A stretch of 63,974 nucleotides of DNA, the filler included, from an uncultured Myxococcia bacterium (GTDB lineage Bacteria > CAZTWC01), in assembly GCA_964617105.1 (NCBI GenBank). It is 7 parts of 7 records of this genome, joined end to end, with 100 filler letters (N's around TTAATTAATTAA, not from the genome) between each part and the next. Parts side by side here need not be neighbours in the genome. Positions count along the whole stretch, not along the records: positions 37,637 to 46,833 come from CAZTWC010000144.1; positions 46,934 to 56,119 come from CAZTWC010000145.1; 5 more parts are not named here. The stretch is one strand, 5' to 3'. The position numbers and the translations under genes were made by a program. Positions 40,410 through 51,074 of this stretch are shown here, piece after piece (within the stretch, counting starts at the first letter, position 1; each line of letters opens with the position of its first letter). Under the pieces are notes generated by a model. That model was not told where the DNA came from, did no database searches, and saw only the letters and a list, made by a program, of their open reading frames with translations.

Positions 40410-41687
40410 ATGACCAATTTTACCAAAATAAAGCATAGCGGATGGGCACTATTTGTAATTTTTATTTTCCTGTTGTTGCCGGTGTATTCAGAGGCGAGCC
40501 AATACCAGGTGAGTGATAAATTTCCGGTTTTGAAAATAATCGAACCCAAGGTAAGGTTTTGGCATGAAATATTTACCAAATACAACTCCTTCCAAGCGGT
40601 TTATCACGATCGGGATTATCCCGATGTTATTTACCGGGTGGTGGATATATACCAATATTTTCCCGAATTAAAAGTAAAAAGCGGTTTTGATCTGTCTAAA
40701 GAGAAGAAAAAACGGCTCAATGGCATAAAAGATGAAATAATGGCCAGGCTGCAACAAGCAGCAAAATATGATTGTGCCTCTATTGACAGGGTAACCGGGG
40801 AGTCCAGAAAGGAAATAGTGAAAATTTTGCGCCAATGGTGCCGTTATCAAAATCGAGGAAACCTTTTGTCTTTTGCAACTAAGAAACGGATTCGTTTCCA
40901 ATGGGGTATGGCCGATAGTTTTAAAGAGGGATTAAAGAAAGTGGGAAAATATTTACCCCACATTGAAAATATTTTTGCCACCAAGAATTTGCCCCGGGAG
41001 TTGGTAGCCCTGGGATTTATCGAGTCAATGTACCAGAATAAGAGTATTTCCTCGGTTGGAGCGGCTGGAATTTGGCAGTTGATGCCAGCCACCGGCCGGC
41101 AGTATTTGACCATTAATTGGGCTTTGGATCAGAGATTCGATCCCCTGGTTTCCACCTGGGCGGCTGCAACCCATATTAAAAAAGACTATAAACTCTTTAA
41201 GAGATGGCCGCTGACCCTAACCGCCTACAATTTTGGCAGGGCCGGCATCCGCCGGGCTATAAAAAAGGTGGGAAAAGCCAGCCTGAGCACTATTATTGCC
41301 CGATATCGCCATCGCTATTTCGGTTTTGCCTCCAAGAATTTTTACGCTGAGTTTGTAGCGGTTCTATACATATATAAGAATAGGCAAAACTATTTTCCCA
41401 ACCTAAAACCGGATCATCCCTGGAGATTTCATTTGTTGAAACTAAAAAAAAGGGGGAGCTCTTTGCGGCAGATAGCCACTCATTTACAGGTTTCCGAAAA
41501 ACAGTTGCAGCGGCTAAATCCAGGTTTGAAGAAAAATTTGAGGAATTCTATATGGGCTCTCCCCGCCGGCTTGGTTCTAAGGGTACCGTCATTAAAAGCC
41601 GACATTAGAAAAAAAGGGATCGGTAGTAAAGTACAGTATTTAGTTCAGTTTAAGAAGATGCGTTTGAGCCGCCGTCAAAAAATGTGA
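40410..41687 (+). CDS. MltD-like lytic murein transglycosylase with LysM-like C-terminus
   Basis: 'IES', 'SSVGAAGIWQLMPATG', 'AYNFG', 'LQRLNPGL'. Confidence 0.88.
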   Translation: MTNFTKIKHSGWALFVIFIFLLLPVYSEASQYQVSDKFPVLKIIEPKVRFWHEIFTKYNSFQAVYHDRDYPDVIYRVVDIYQYFPELKVKSGFDLSKEKKKRLNGIKDEIMARLQQAAKYDCASIDRVTGESRKEIVKILRQWCRYQNRGNLLSFATKKRIRFQWGMADSFKEGLKKVGKYLPHIENIFATKNLPRELVALGFIESMYQNKSISSVGAAGIWQLMPATGRQYLTINWALDQRFDPLVSTWAAATHIKKDYKLFKRWPLTLTAYNFGRAGIRRAIKKVGKASLSTIIARYRHRYFGFASKNFYAEFVAVLYIYKNRQNYFPNLKPDHPWRFHLLKLKKRGSSLRQIATHLQVSEKQLQRLNPGLKKNLRNSIWALPAGLVLRVPSLKADIRKKGIGSKVQYLVQFKKMRLSRRQKM

Positions 41688-41690
41688 AGT

Positions 41691-41733
41691 GTGTCCTTGT
41701 CAAGCAACATCTGTCATTTGACAGGACACTTTT
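41691..41733. terminator. Inverted repeat between convergent genes
   Basis: gtgtcc(t)tgtcaa…ttgacaggacac followed by TTTT. Confidence 0.5.
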
Positions 41734-41736
41734 CTT

Positions 41737-42900
41737 CTATGCTTCTTTTCGAATCGAAACCACTATCTTGTAGAGCACAGTGATAATAAAAAATCCCAGT
41801 CCGTAAATACCTAGAGAGATAACGATTTCCGGGATAGTGGGGGTATATTCGGTGACTCTGTCAAAGGGGTTGGGAATAAAACCGCCAGTAGTTAGGGCTA
41901 ATCCCTTGTCGATCCAGGTGGCCAAGACAATCAATATCAGGGCAGGTAAGAGCAATTTCTCATTTTGGCGGAATTGAGGAACCAGCAGCAGCACCAAAGC
42001 AATGATTGACAATAGCACGGAAAACCACATCCAGGGAACCATGGCGTAATGACCGTGGGAGCCAAAGNNNNNNNNNNNNNNNNNNNCCAGGGAGTGCATG
42101 TGACCGGGAATCTGGCTGTAGAAAGCGGTGAAGAATTCCAGTAGATAGAAGAATACATTGATTATCATGGCATAGGTGATAACTTTTGCCAGAGTCTGGA
42201 TCGGCCGTTTGCCGCCTACATCAAAGTTGGCGTATTTTCTCAAAATGAAGATAAGAATTAGTAAAATAGCCGGTCCTGCAGCAAAAGCAGAGGTCAAAAA
42301 GCGGGCAGCCATAATGGCGGTGAGCCACAGGTGCCGGCCAGGAAGACCAGCGTAAATAAAAGCAGTAACAGTATGAATACTGACTGCCCAGGGAATAGAG
42401 AGATAAATAAGGGGTTTAACCCAGCGGGCATATTTTACTTGACGGTGCTCTGCCGACAGGGTGGTCCAGCCAATAATCAGGTTTAAAAACAGATAACCGT
42501 TGAGCACCAGAATATCCCAAAAAAGAATGGAGTTGGGAGAGGGATGGAAGAGCAGGTTAGCCAAGCGCATGGGCTGACCCAAATCTACGGTTACAAAAGT
42601 GATGCACATGATCACCGCGCCGATAGCCAAAAACTCTCCCAGGATGGTTATTTTGCCAAAGGCTTTGTAGTCGTGAAGGTAGTAAGGTAAAACCACCATT
42701 ACCGCCGAAGCGGCCACACCAACAAAATAGGTGAACTGGGCGATATAGAAGCCCCAGGAGACATCACGGCTCATGCCGGTGATACCTAAACCCACATTTA
42801 ACTGGTAGAGGTAAGTTAGAAAGCCGATGCCGAACAAACCCAGCAATGCGGCTAAAAGTGTATAATATTTTTTACTGCCCAATAGTGCTTTTTCTAGCAT
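41737..42900 (-). CDS. dsrP: DsrP (NrfD/PsrC family membrane subunit)
   Basis: '[15 protein letters not shown]', 'DLGQP.R', '[11 protein letters not shown]'. Operon context. Confidence 0.92.
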   Translation of the reverse strand: MLEKALLGSKKYYTLLAALLGLFGIGFLTYLYQLNVGLGITGMSRDVSWGFYIAQFTYFVGVAASAVMVVLPYYLHDYKAFGKITILGEFLAIGAVIMCITFVTVDLGQPMRLANLLFHPSPNSILFWDILVLNGYLFLNLIIGWTTLSAEHRQVKYARWVKPLIYLSIPWAVSIHTVTAFIYAGLPGRHLWLTAIMAARFLTSAFAAGPAILLILIFILRKYANFDVGGKRPIQTLAKVITYAMIINVFFYLLEFFTAFYSQIPGHMHSLXXXXXXXFGSHGHYAMVPWMWFSVLLSIIALVLLLVPQFRQNEKLLLPALILIVLATWIDKGLALTTGGFIPNPFDRVTEYTPTIPEIVISLGIYGLGFFIITVLYKIVVSIRKEA

Positions 42901-42924
42901 AATTACCTCGTATAGAATCGCTAT

Positions 42925-43692
42925 TTACGCTATATAATAAACCTGAGGCCCGGTGCCAATCTCCGGCTTACGCCGGATAGTGAAATTTTCTTTTAACTGT
43001 TTTGACACCTTAGATGATGGATTTTGCAGATCGCCAAAAGTGATTGCTCCGTGTTTGCAGGTTTCCTGACATAAGGGATGTTTACCTACTGCCAACCGTT
43101 CAGCGCAAAAATTACACTTCTCCACCACGCCCTTGGTACGGGAGGGAAAAGTGATGTTTGGCTTGTGGATAACCTTGCGGGGATCAAACCAGTTAAAACT
43201 ACGGGCGCCGTAAGGACAGGCGGCCATGCAGAAACGGCAGCCGATACAGCGGTGGTAATCCATCAGCACGATCCCGTCTTTTCGCTGAAAGGTTGCCTTG
43301 GTAGGGCAGACCCTCACGCAGGGTGGATTTTGGCAGTGGTTGCAAAGCACCGGAAAAGGGCGGTGTTTGTAATCTTCTTTGATAAATTGGTGTTGCTGGC
43401 TGGTAAAGGTATGTTTATAATCATCCAACCAGAGCCATTTTACTTCATCTTTGGGATTGCCAAAATCGGGGACATTGTGGGCCAAATGGCAGGCGGTAAT
43501 GCAATCTGTGCAACCCTTTTTGCATTTGTAGGGATTTATCACCATAGCCCATCTACTACCCCGAAGTTTCAAAGAGTTGGGATGGACGCTGGGCTCACGG
43601 GCAACAGCCGCCGAATCGCAGAGGGTATTGCCCAATATTCCGCATACCGCTAAACCGGAAAGTTTTAGGAATTCTCTTCTATCCTTTTTCAT
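42925..43692 (-). CDS. dsrO: DsrO periplasmic Fe-S protein
   Basis: Tat 'RREFLK' and 4Fe-4S motifs 'CNHCQNPPCVRVCP', 'CIGCRFCMAACP'. Confidence 0.92.
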   Translation of the reverse strand: MKKDRREFLKLSGLAVCGILGNTLCDSAAVAREPSVHPNSLKLRGSRWAMVINPYKCKKGCTDCITACHLAHNVPDFGNPKDEVKWLWLDDYKHTFTSQQHQFIKEDYKHRPFPVLCNHCQNPPCVRVCPTKATFQRKDGIVLMDYHRCIGCRFCMAACPYGARSFNWFDPRKVIHKPNITFPSRTKGVVEKCNFCAERLAVGKHPLCQETCKHGAITFGDLQNPSSKVSKQLKENFTIRRKPEIGTGPQVYYIA

Positions 43693-43704
43693 TAAAAAAT
43701 CTCC

Positions 43705-44100
43705 TTAGGGTTGGACATGGCACTGCCAACAAGTGGGATCAACCGCCAGGTAATTGTGGCACTTGTCACAGAACTGTTCGGTATTTGCATGGCACTTGGT
43801 ACAGGTCTTGGATAGGCTCATCTCATATTTTTTGCCATCCGAAGATACATATACCCGGTTTTTGTCACGCACCACCGAATTACGCCAATCATCCAACAGG
43901 TTCATGTGGGAAGAGCGCATAAACGCCACATCTTCCACACAGTTTTTTTCCTGGGCCGGCCGCTCTAGTTGAGGGACCTGGTCTGCTTTTCCCATAGCCA
44001 GGTTGTACCAGATCGGCGAGGTGATAAACAACAGGAAAATAACTAAACCGGCCAGTATTTTTCCTAAATGCTGCATTGAATAATCCTTTATATAATTCAT
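43705..44100 (-). CDS. dsrJ: DsrJ triheme cytochrome c
   Basis: Three CxxCH motifs, 'CVED…MR..HM.LL..WR..VVR'. Confidence 0.93.
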   Translation of the reverse strand: MNYIKDYSMQHLGKILAGLVIFLLFITSPIWYNLAMGKADQVPQLERPAQEKNCVEDVAFMRSSHMNLLDDWRNSVVRDKNRVYVSSDGKKYEMSLSKTCTKCHANTEQFCDKCHNYLAVDPTCWQCHVQP

Positions 44101-44147
44101 TCAAAAGAGATCCCGGGCCTTATAAAATCCCAGGGTTTTTACAGTAC

Positions 44148-45839
44148 TTATTTCTCAGATTTCTCAAGAGCCTTTTGCTCTTCCGCCTCTTTTATTTCTT
44201 CAGCAGGTTCAGCTGAACCCTCTACTACCACACCTTCAGCCAAAGGTTCACCGCGCAGGTCGGTGTCCCTGGCCTTTTCGCCTTCCATAACCAGGGCATT
44301 GGCCACCATTTCGTGTACCGCTATAATGCCAACATCACCGGCCCAATAATCGGCCAGGGCGGGCAAAGTGGCTTTGTCAATGGCGCAAATACAGGACATC
44401 ATATTTACCCCGTGTTTCTCTTTGACATAATTGAGGGCATTGCCTCTGGGCATCCCACCGCGAAGCCTGATGTTGATATTCTCATCCGTACCGATACCAG
44501 CGCCGCTGGCGCAGCAAAAGGTTTTTTCCCGGATGGTATTTTCCGGCATTTCGAAGAAATTGTTGCATACACTATTTATGATATAGCGCGGTTCCTCCAG
44601 CATGCCAAAACCGCGGGCTACGTTGCAGGAATCGTGATAAGTTACCCTTAGGTGGTCGTTGCGGCGGGGATCGAGTTTTAATTTGTTGTTTTTGATCAAA
44701 TCAGCGGTAAATTCGCAAATGTGAACCATTTTGGTGGATTTGGCGTTTTCAAACTTGGTGCCGGTGATAGGGGAAACAGGTTCTTCCAGGAAGTCGGCCG
44801 GGCCGTTTACCGTATCCATGTACTGGTTTAACACCCGCCACATGTGACCGCATTCACCGCCGATGATCCATTTGACGCCTAGTCTTTTGGCCTCAGAATA
44901 GATCTTGGCATTGAGGCGCTTCATCATCTCGGCAGAGTGAAACAGGCCGAAGTTGCCGCCTTCAGAAGCATAGGTGCTAAAGGTGTAGTCCAGCCCGATT
45001 TGGTGGAACATAGCCATATAACCTATAAAGCCAAAATAGTGAGGGTCGGCGAAATAATCGGCAGATGGCACCACAAACAGAATCTCAGCACCCTTTTTGT
45101 TTATCGGCGCTTCTACCTGGACACCGGTTATATCGGCCAGGTCGTCCACAGCAAAATCAACGCTGTCTTTAAATCCGTGGGGCTGAATGCCCAAATGGTT
45201 GCCGGTGCGGTAGCAGTTGGCCAGAGGAGTGCAAATCCAGTCGATATTACAGCCGATCAGGTGCAAGAGTTCTCTGCCCATCATGGTCACTTCGGCAGTA
45301 TCAATGCCATAGGGACAAAACACTGAGCAGCGCCGGCATTCAGTGCATTGAAAGAAATAGAAAAACCACTCTTTGATAAGGTCGATGCTCAAGGAGCGTC
45401 CACCGGCCAGAGAACCCAAAATTTTACCAGCAGTGGTAAAGTCATTTCTATAGAATGAGCGTAAAAGTTCAGCCCTTAATACCGGCATATTTTTGGGGTC
45501 GCCACCGCCCAGAAAAAAGTGGCATTTATCGGCGCAGGCCCCGCACCTGACACAGATATCCATGAATATCTTGAAGGAGCGGTATTTTTTCAGCAGATCT
45601 TTCATCCCCTGGTGGATGGTTTCTTTCCAGTTCTCAGGCAGTTTCCAATCCTCCTCCGTGGGTTGCCACTCCCGGGGATTAGGGAACTTTAAATATTCAA
45701 TGCCCGTTATAGCGGCTCCGTAATTGTAATTCCCTTTTTTGAATTCCACCGCAGGATCGGCCCAGTCCTTATCAGGCGGAGTCAGATCGATCTCTTTGAG
45801 CAAATCCTTATTTTTAGGTAACGAATGTTCTGATGACAT
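44148..45839 (-). CDS. dsrK: DsrK (HdrD-like Fe-S protein)
   Basis: 'CVRCGACADKCHF', 'CTECRRCSVFCP', 'GECGH', 'HDSCN', 'TFCC', 'CAID'. Confidence 0.95.
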   Translation of the reverse strand: MSSEHSLPKNKDLLKEIDLTPPDKDWADPAVEFKKGNYNYGAAITGIEYLKFPNPREWQPTEEDWKLPENWKETIHQGMKDLLKKYRSFKIFMDICVRCGACADKCHFFLGGGDPKNMPVLRAELLRSFYRNDFTTAGKILGSLAGGRSLSIDLIKEWFFYFFQCTECRRCSVFCPYGIDTAEVTMMGRELLHLIGCNIDWICTPLANCYRTGNHLGIQPHGFKDSVDFAVDDLADITGVQVEAPINKKGAEILFVVPSADYFADPHYFGFIGYMAMFHQIGLDYTFSTYASEGGNFGLFHSAEMMKRLNAKIYSEAKRLGVKWIIGGECGHMWRVLNQYMDTVNGPADFLEEPVSPITGTKFENAKSTKMVHICEFTADLIKNNKLKLDPRRNDHLRVTYHDSCNVARGFGMLEEPRYIINSVCNNFFEMPENTIREKTFCCASGAGIGTDENINIRLRGGMPRGNALNYVKEKHGVNMMSCICAIDKATLPALADYWAGDVGIIAVHEMVANALVMEGEKARDTDLRGEPLAEGVVVEGSAEPAEEIKEAEEQKALEKSEK

Positions 45840-45855
45840 ACTATTTAATCTCCTC

Positions 45856-46833
45856 TTATTTTTCCTTGTCTAATGGCAGTCCGGCGGCTTTCATCAGATC
45901 TCTAAACTCATCCTCGTACTCTTCGTAGGTATGGGTCTTGACCGGATAGTTCCAGGGATTTACATGACGATTTTCCCGGTTATCATTGGCCATATTGCGG
46001 GTGGGACTTAAAAATACCCCGCCCATGTGCATCAGTTTGCTGAAGGGAAAGTAGGTCATCAGTAAAGATACACAGAAGAGGTGAAAGTAAAAGATCATAC
46101 CGATACCGGTTGGAACTCCGGGATTGAAACTGATAAGTCCGGTAAACAACTCTTTTACACTCAACAAATCAACTTTGAAAAAATGGCGCATCAAGACTCC
46201 GGAAAGAGCCACCGAGAGGATTAGCAGCAGGGGAAAGTAGTCAGCCGGCAGGGAGATGTAACGCACCTGAGGAATTACCAATCGGCGAATTAAAAGGTAG
46301 GTGGCGGCCGCTACCAGTAGAAGTTCTGATAGGAAAAAAGTAGGAACACCTATTTCTGCAAAGCCGTCTAACTTTTGAAGTATTTCTATACAACCGGGAA
46401 CCGGTTCGGTAAAAAACCTGAAGTGGCGGATAAAAATTATTAAAAAGGAGTAGTGAAACAAAATGCCGAACAACCAAAGATACTTGGTGCTGCTAAAGAT
46501 CAACCGGTTCTGTTCTTTGTCTACATGAGTGCTGGAGTTGCGAAACAGGGAGCGGAACANNNNNNNNNNCCTGCCGATCACTTCCAGGGTGGAATGGGGA
46601 TTGTCCAGCGGCTCCCGTTTTAACCAGGGCAGTGATTTCTGCTGGCCGCAGGTGGTGGGGATTTTAAAAGGCACTGGAATTTTAGCCCAGCCCAAAATCC
46701 GTAGGATAATACCCACCAGAAAAGTGATAAAGGCCAGATAGGGAATCAGCACACCAAACAGGTAAGGCGCTGCCTGACCAGAGGCGGAATAAATCACCAT
46801 AAAGGCTAGAATGACCAATAAAATCAGTATGAT
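45856..46833 (-). CDS. dsrM: DsrM (NarI-like b cytochrome), 5' partial
   Basis: 'P.PFKIPTTCGQQKSL', 'FHYS…RH', 'FPFSKLMH', 'PTRNMAN'. Confidence 0.93.
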   Translation of the reverse strand: MILILLVILAFMVIYSASGQAAPYLFGVLIPYLAFITFLVGIILRILGWAKIPVPFKIPTTCGQQKSLPWLKREPLDNPHSTLEVIGRXXXXFRSLFRNSSTHVDKEQNRLIFSSTKYLWLFGILFHYSFLIIFIRHFRFFTEPVPGCIEILQKLDGFAEIGVPTFFLSELLLVAAATYLLIRRLVIPQVRYISLPADYFPLLLILSVALSGVLMRHFFKVDLLSVKELFTGLISFNPGVPTGIGMIFYFHLFCVSLLMTYFPFSKLMHMGGVFLSPTRNMANDNRENRHVNPWNYPVKTHTYEEYEDEFRDLMKAAGLPLDKEK

Positions 46834-46933
46834 NNNNNNNNNNNNNNNNNNNNNNNNNNNNNNNNNNNNNNNNNNNNTTAATTAATTAANNNNNNNNNNN
46901 NNNNNNNNNNNNNNNNNNNNNNNNNNNNNNNNN
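46834..46933. other. Artificial contig spacer
   Basis: N run with TTAATTAATTAA. Confidence 0.97.
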
Positions 46934-47084
46934 AATTCGTCACGAGTTAATACTTTTTGCTGACATCGATAAAATCTATTAAGATTTGTTATAAAGGCTG
47001 GCAGAGAGGAGATCATGCGTTCACTTGTGAAAGCGGCATAATAAATAAAAGAAAAGCATATTTCAGACCTATCAGACAACTCCA

Positions 47085-47146
47085 TGGCATTTCCTTCGGG
47101 TGCCCTGGGGGCGCACCCGGGTTGACCCCCAGGTTGAAATTTGCCA
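47085..47146. ncRNA. GC-rich structured element with H-type pseudoknot potential
   Basis: S1 pairs 47097-47103 with 47113-47119. S2 pairs 47104-47111 with 47126-47133. An imperfect outer stem encloses both. Confidence 0.35.
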
Positions 47147-47223
47147 CAAGTCGAAATCCTCTGGTTGCAAAAAACTACCATATTGGTTAATCTAATCTGA
47201 AATTCATAACCAGGAGTGTATTT

Positions 47224-48906
47224 ATGAAATTTGCAAATTACCAGTACAAAAGACCTGATATCGACCTGTTGACAAAAGATTTTCAAAATAAGTTGGAGCA
47301 GTTTAACCAATCTAACACCTTTGAACAACAGAATGATATTATGAAGGAGATAGTTCAACTGCGGAACGATTTCTCCACCATGCAGGAGATGGCGGGCATC
47401 AGATATACCATTAATACTGAAGACAAATTTTATGAACAGGAAAACGAATTTTTTGACCAGAATGGGCCAAAATTTACCAAGTTAAACAACCAGTTTTATC
47501 AGGCGCTGGTGAACTCAAAATTTAGACCAAACCTGGAAAACAAATGGGGAAAGCAACTGTTCAACCTGGCTGAGATGGAGTTAAAAACCTTTTCTCCTGA
47601 GATTATCGATGATCTTAAAGAGGAGAACAAACTCTCCACTCAGTACACCAAACTAATGGCTTCAGCCAAAATAATGTTTGAGGGAGAGGAGAGAACTCTA
47701 TCCCAATTGACCCCCTTTACCATGTCGGCGGATCGGGATATGCGCAAGCGGGCCAACCTGGCCAAGTTTGGTTTTTCCAAAGACAACATGGTCGAACTGG
47801 ATGAGGTCTTTGACAACCTGGTGAAAGTCAGGCATAAGATAGCTCAAAAACTGGGATATGACAATTTTGTCGAATTAGGCTACCACCGGATGGGACGCAC
47901 CGATTACAATCCAGAAATGGTGGCGGTGTATCGAAAACAGGTGCAGGAAAATCTGGTTCCCATTGCAACTGAACTCTTGGAAAGGCAGCGTAAAAGGGTG
48001 GAACTGGATACTCTATACTACTACGATGAAGCCTACTCTTTTGAAGGTGGTAATCCCAAACCCCAGGGGACCCCGGAGGAGATCCTGGAAAACGGTCAAA
48101 AAATGTATGACCAACTCTCAAAAGAGACTGGTGAGTTTTATCGCTTTATGATTGATAACGGCCTTATGGATGTGTTGAGCACCAAAGGAAAAGCCCCGGG
48201 AGGATACTGCACCTATATCCCCAACTACAAAGCCCCCTTTATCTTTTCCAATTTCAACGGCACAGCCGGAGATATCGCGGTATTAACCCATGAAGCGGGC
48301 CATGCCTTTCAGGTTTACTTGAGCCGCGGCTATGAGATACCAGAGTATAACTGGCCCACCATGGAGGCCTGCGAAATACACTCCATGAGCATGGAATTTA
48401 TCACCTGGCCCTGGTGGGAATTGTTCTATAAACAGGAGGCGGACAAAGCCAGATTTATCCACCTGAATGACGCCCTGCTGTTTATCCCCTACGGTGTGAC
48501 CGTGGATGAATTTCAGCACTATGTTTATGAAAATCCCCAGGCCAGCCCGGATGAACGCCGGGCCGCCTGGCGGGAGATAGAAAAAAAGTACCTCCCCATG
48601 CGCAAATATGACGGCTTCGATTACCTGGAACAGGGAGGATTCTGGCAGCGCCAACTGCATATCTACAAATACCCCTTTTACTATATTGATTACACCCTGG
48701 CCCAGGTGTGCGCTTTTCAGTTTTGGCTGAGGATTGATGAAAACCGCGAAGCAGCCTTTACCGATTATTTGCGCCTATGCAAAGCCGGAGGCAGCCTCCC
48801 ATTTTTGGAGTTGGTAAAATTGGCCGGACTAAAATCCCCCTTTGAAGAGGGGTGTCTTGATTCTGTGGTGGGCATGATTAAAGATTGGTTGAGCAAGTCC
48901 GAATAG
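47224..48906 (+). CDS. M3 family oligoendopeptidase (PepF-like)
   Basis: 'THEAGHAFQ' (HExxH), 'EACEIHSMSME', 'PFYYIDY'. Confidence 0.93.
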   Translation: MKFANYQYKRPDIDLLTKDFQNKLEQFNQSNTFEQQNDIMKEIVQLRNDFSTMQEMAGIRYTINTEDKFYEQENEFFDQNGPKFTKLNNQFYQALVNSKFRPNLENKWGKQLFNLAEMELKTFSPEIIDDLKEENKLSTQYTKLMASAKIMFEGEERTLSQLTPFTMSADRDMRKRANLAKFGFSKDNMVELDEVFDNLVKVRHKIAQKLGYDNFVELGYHRMGRTDYNPEMVAVYRKQVQENLVPIATELLERQRKRVELDTLYYYDEAYSFEGGNPKPQGTPEEILENGQKMYDQLSKETGEFYRFMIDNGLMDVLSTKGKAPGGYCTYIPNYKAPFIFSNFNGTAGDIAVLTHEAGHAFQVYLSRGYEIPEYNWPTMEACEIHSMSMEFITWPWWELFYKQEADKARFIHLNDALLFIPYGVTVDEFQHYVYENPQASPDERRAAWREIEKKYLPMRKYDGFDYLEQGGFWQRQLHIYKYPFYYIDYTLAQVCAFQFWLRIDENREAAFTDYLRLCKAGGSLPFLELVKLAGLKSPFEEGCLDSVVGMIKDWLSKSE

Positions 48907-48990
48907 GGGTTATTGCGCAAAAACTAAAACGCGGAAAAAACTCAAGCGGTCATCTGACAAGTTATTGGTGTGCGTTGTGCATTCCACTCG

Positions 48991-50292
48991 CTACTTCGAA
49001 TAATCATAGATACTCTGCAAAAGTGTCTTTTTGTTAATTGGTTTGCACAAATGAGCATCACAGCCGGCATCCAGGCTCTTGTTCGCCTCCTCTTTGAGAG
49101 CGTATGCGGAGAGAGCTAAAATCGGCCTCTTTTTCCGGTTATGTGTTTTTTCCCATTCACGGATTTTTTTAGTGGCCGTGTACCCGTCCATTACCGGCAT
49201 CTGCATATCCATCAACACCACCTCGCCCTGCTCAGTAAATTTGATGGCATTGCCAATCAGATTGGTAATAACCTGCTGCAGTCGTTTGGGGTCACCTTTT
49301 AAATTTATTGGAATATCATCATCTATATTATAGGCTAACTCCAGACCCTTTTGATGGGCCTGTGATGACAAGACATCGAGAGTATTATCAATCACTTCTA
49401 ATAGATCTAACTCGATATTCTCTATCTCCAGTTGACCAGATTCGATCTTGGAAAGATCGAGAATGCCGTTGATAAGATTGAGTAGATTTTTTCCCGCAGT
49501 AAAAAATACTTGATTATATTTCTGTTGTTCATCATTTAATCCGGTTTCTGACAACAACTCCGACATACCCAAAATAGCGTTCATAGGAGTTCGAATCTCA
49601 TGGCTCATATTGGCCAAAAACTCCGATTTTGCCTTGTTGGCCACTTCTGCTGTTTCTTTGGATGCCTGTAGTTCCAACTCTACCCGTTTACGCTCGGCAA
49701 TCTCATCCAGCAATTTGGTGGTGCGCTTACTTACTTTCTCTTCCAGTTTCTGGTTAAACCTGGTCAGTTTCTCCTGCATGACGGTGAGTTCACTATTTTG
49801 CTCAACCACACTCTCATAAGTAGTTAACAAAATGTCTAATATCTGCCGCGGCTGGGAATGGACAGTGTAATTCTCCGCTCCTAAGGTTATATCCAAATTA
49901 TCGGGAGAATCTTTTTTTCCATTATTGGACAACCTGCGTAAATGGATTTCTACCTTGTCGAGCAGGCATTGATCTTTAAAAGGCTTGGGCATATAGTTGT
50001 CAGCCCCGGCATTGAGTCCTTTGATAATATCTTTGGCATTTGAAAGAGCAGTGAGCAGAATAACCGGGGTATCACCCAGGATTTGGTTAGATTTGACAGC
50101 CTGACACAGTTCAAAGCCGTCCATTTTGGGCATGATTATATCGCTGATAATCAAATCCGGCTTCCAATTTTTAGCCGCTTTTAGCCCATCCTCACCATCA
50201 ACCGCTACCTTGACCTTATAGTGGTGCTGAAGCAATAAATATTCCAACTTTTTAGCGTGAGTGGGACTGTCTTCAACAACTAATATCTTCAT
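48991..50292 (-). pseudogene. Hybrid histidine kinase (REC-HisKA-HATPase-REC) with in-frame internal deletion
   Basis: 'MSHEIRTPM', then N-box '[12 protein letters not shown]' fused directly to the receiver 'LMDMQMP'. G1/F/G2 boxes are missing. Confidence 0.8.
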
Positions 50293-50305
50293 TGGTACCA
50301 CAAAT

Positions 50306-50731
50306 TTATAATAAATCATCCAAAGGCAGAGGATAGCGCAAACGCAACAGTTGAATTTGTTCTTTGGTATCTTGAAAAGTCTTATCAAAAAGGCGGGCTG
50401 CTTTTTCCGGAAGCGGGGGTAATAGAGAAAAATCGTTCTCTTCTAGTTGTAACAGTCCATTAATATGGTTAACCGCCATAATTATCCGGGTTTCTTCTCT
50501 CTGGCAAACCACCCCCATAATATCTTTACTGGTTTGCTGGTTTTCCTCTCTCTCCTGCAGCAGATTGTATATATTAACCACTGGCAATTTTTCATCTCTC
50601 CAGATCCAGTACATAATGTTATCGGATCTGGATGACTCATCCTGCAAGGTATCACTGTCAATCACTTCTATTATAGACTGGCTGTTCAACAGCAGATGAT
50701 AATTGCCAGCATCAACATTTAAGTACAACAC
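50306..50731 (-). CDS. CheW-like protein
   Basis: 'SIIEVI', '[15 protein letters not shown]', 'MAVNHINGL'. Start uncertain. Confidence 0.6.
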   Translation of the reverse strand: MLYLNVDAGNYHLLLNSQSIIEVIDSDTLQDESSRSDNIMYWIWRDEKLPVVNIYNLLQEREENQQTSKDIMGVVCQREETRIIMAVNHINGLLQLEENDFSLLPPLPEKAARLFDKTFQDTKEQIQLLRLRYPLPLDDLL

Positions 50732-51074
50732 TATTGCGCCCTCTCTGGCTGGCTGCTTTCATCACCAATCCCTGGATAAGAAGATTGGTCAGGCAAAGGA
50801 GCAGATTTAGAAATATTTTGAGAGATCTGCTCACAAATATTGTTAACCTTGCTGAACCTATCTTGATTTCCATGTTTCTCCGCCAACACCGGGCAAAGCA
50901 ATTAAATCGTGGTGAATGTCCTTAACAAACAACTCCTGCCAGTTTAGCATCTTGTCAACAAGTAATGACTAATTATTGTCATAGTAAATTTAGATTGTCA
51001 ATGCTTATGAAATTGACTACACTGGTGCGTGCTCTGGGTGGAAGTAGGTGTTTAGGGCTTGGATTGTTGGATTA

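Noticed and set aside
43078-45723. Long antisense ORFs over the dsr genes (likewise over flgD, lon and coaBC)
   Set aside because: Shadow ORFs opposite well-supported genes, with no motifs or RBS.
48907-48990. attC-like left half (…AATAAC ttgtcagatgacc) on the minus strand after the kinase gene
   Set aside because: No complementary right half or GTT core site, and no integrase or other cassettes.
50950-51000. ATGAC-N8-GTCAT palindrome and three TTGTCA words upstream of the cheW-like gene
   Set aside because: Short and AT-rich, cannot be assigned to a regulator, and could arise by chance.
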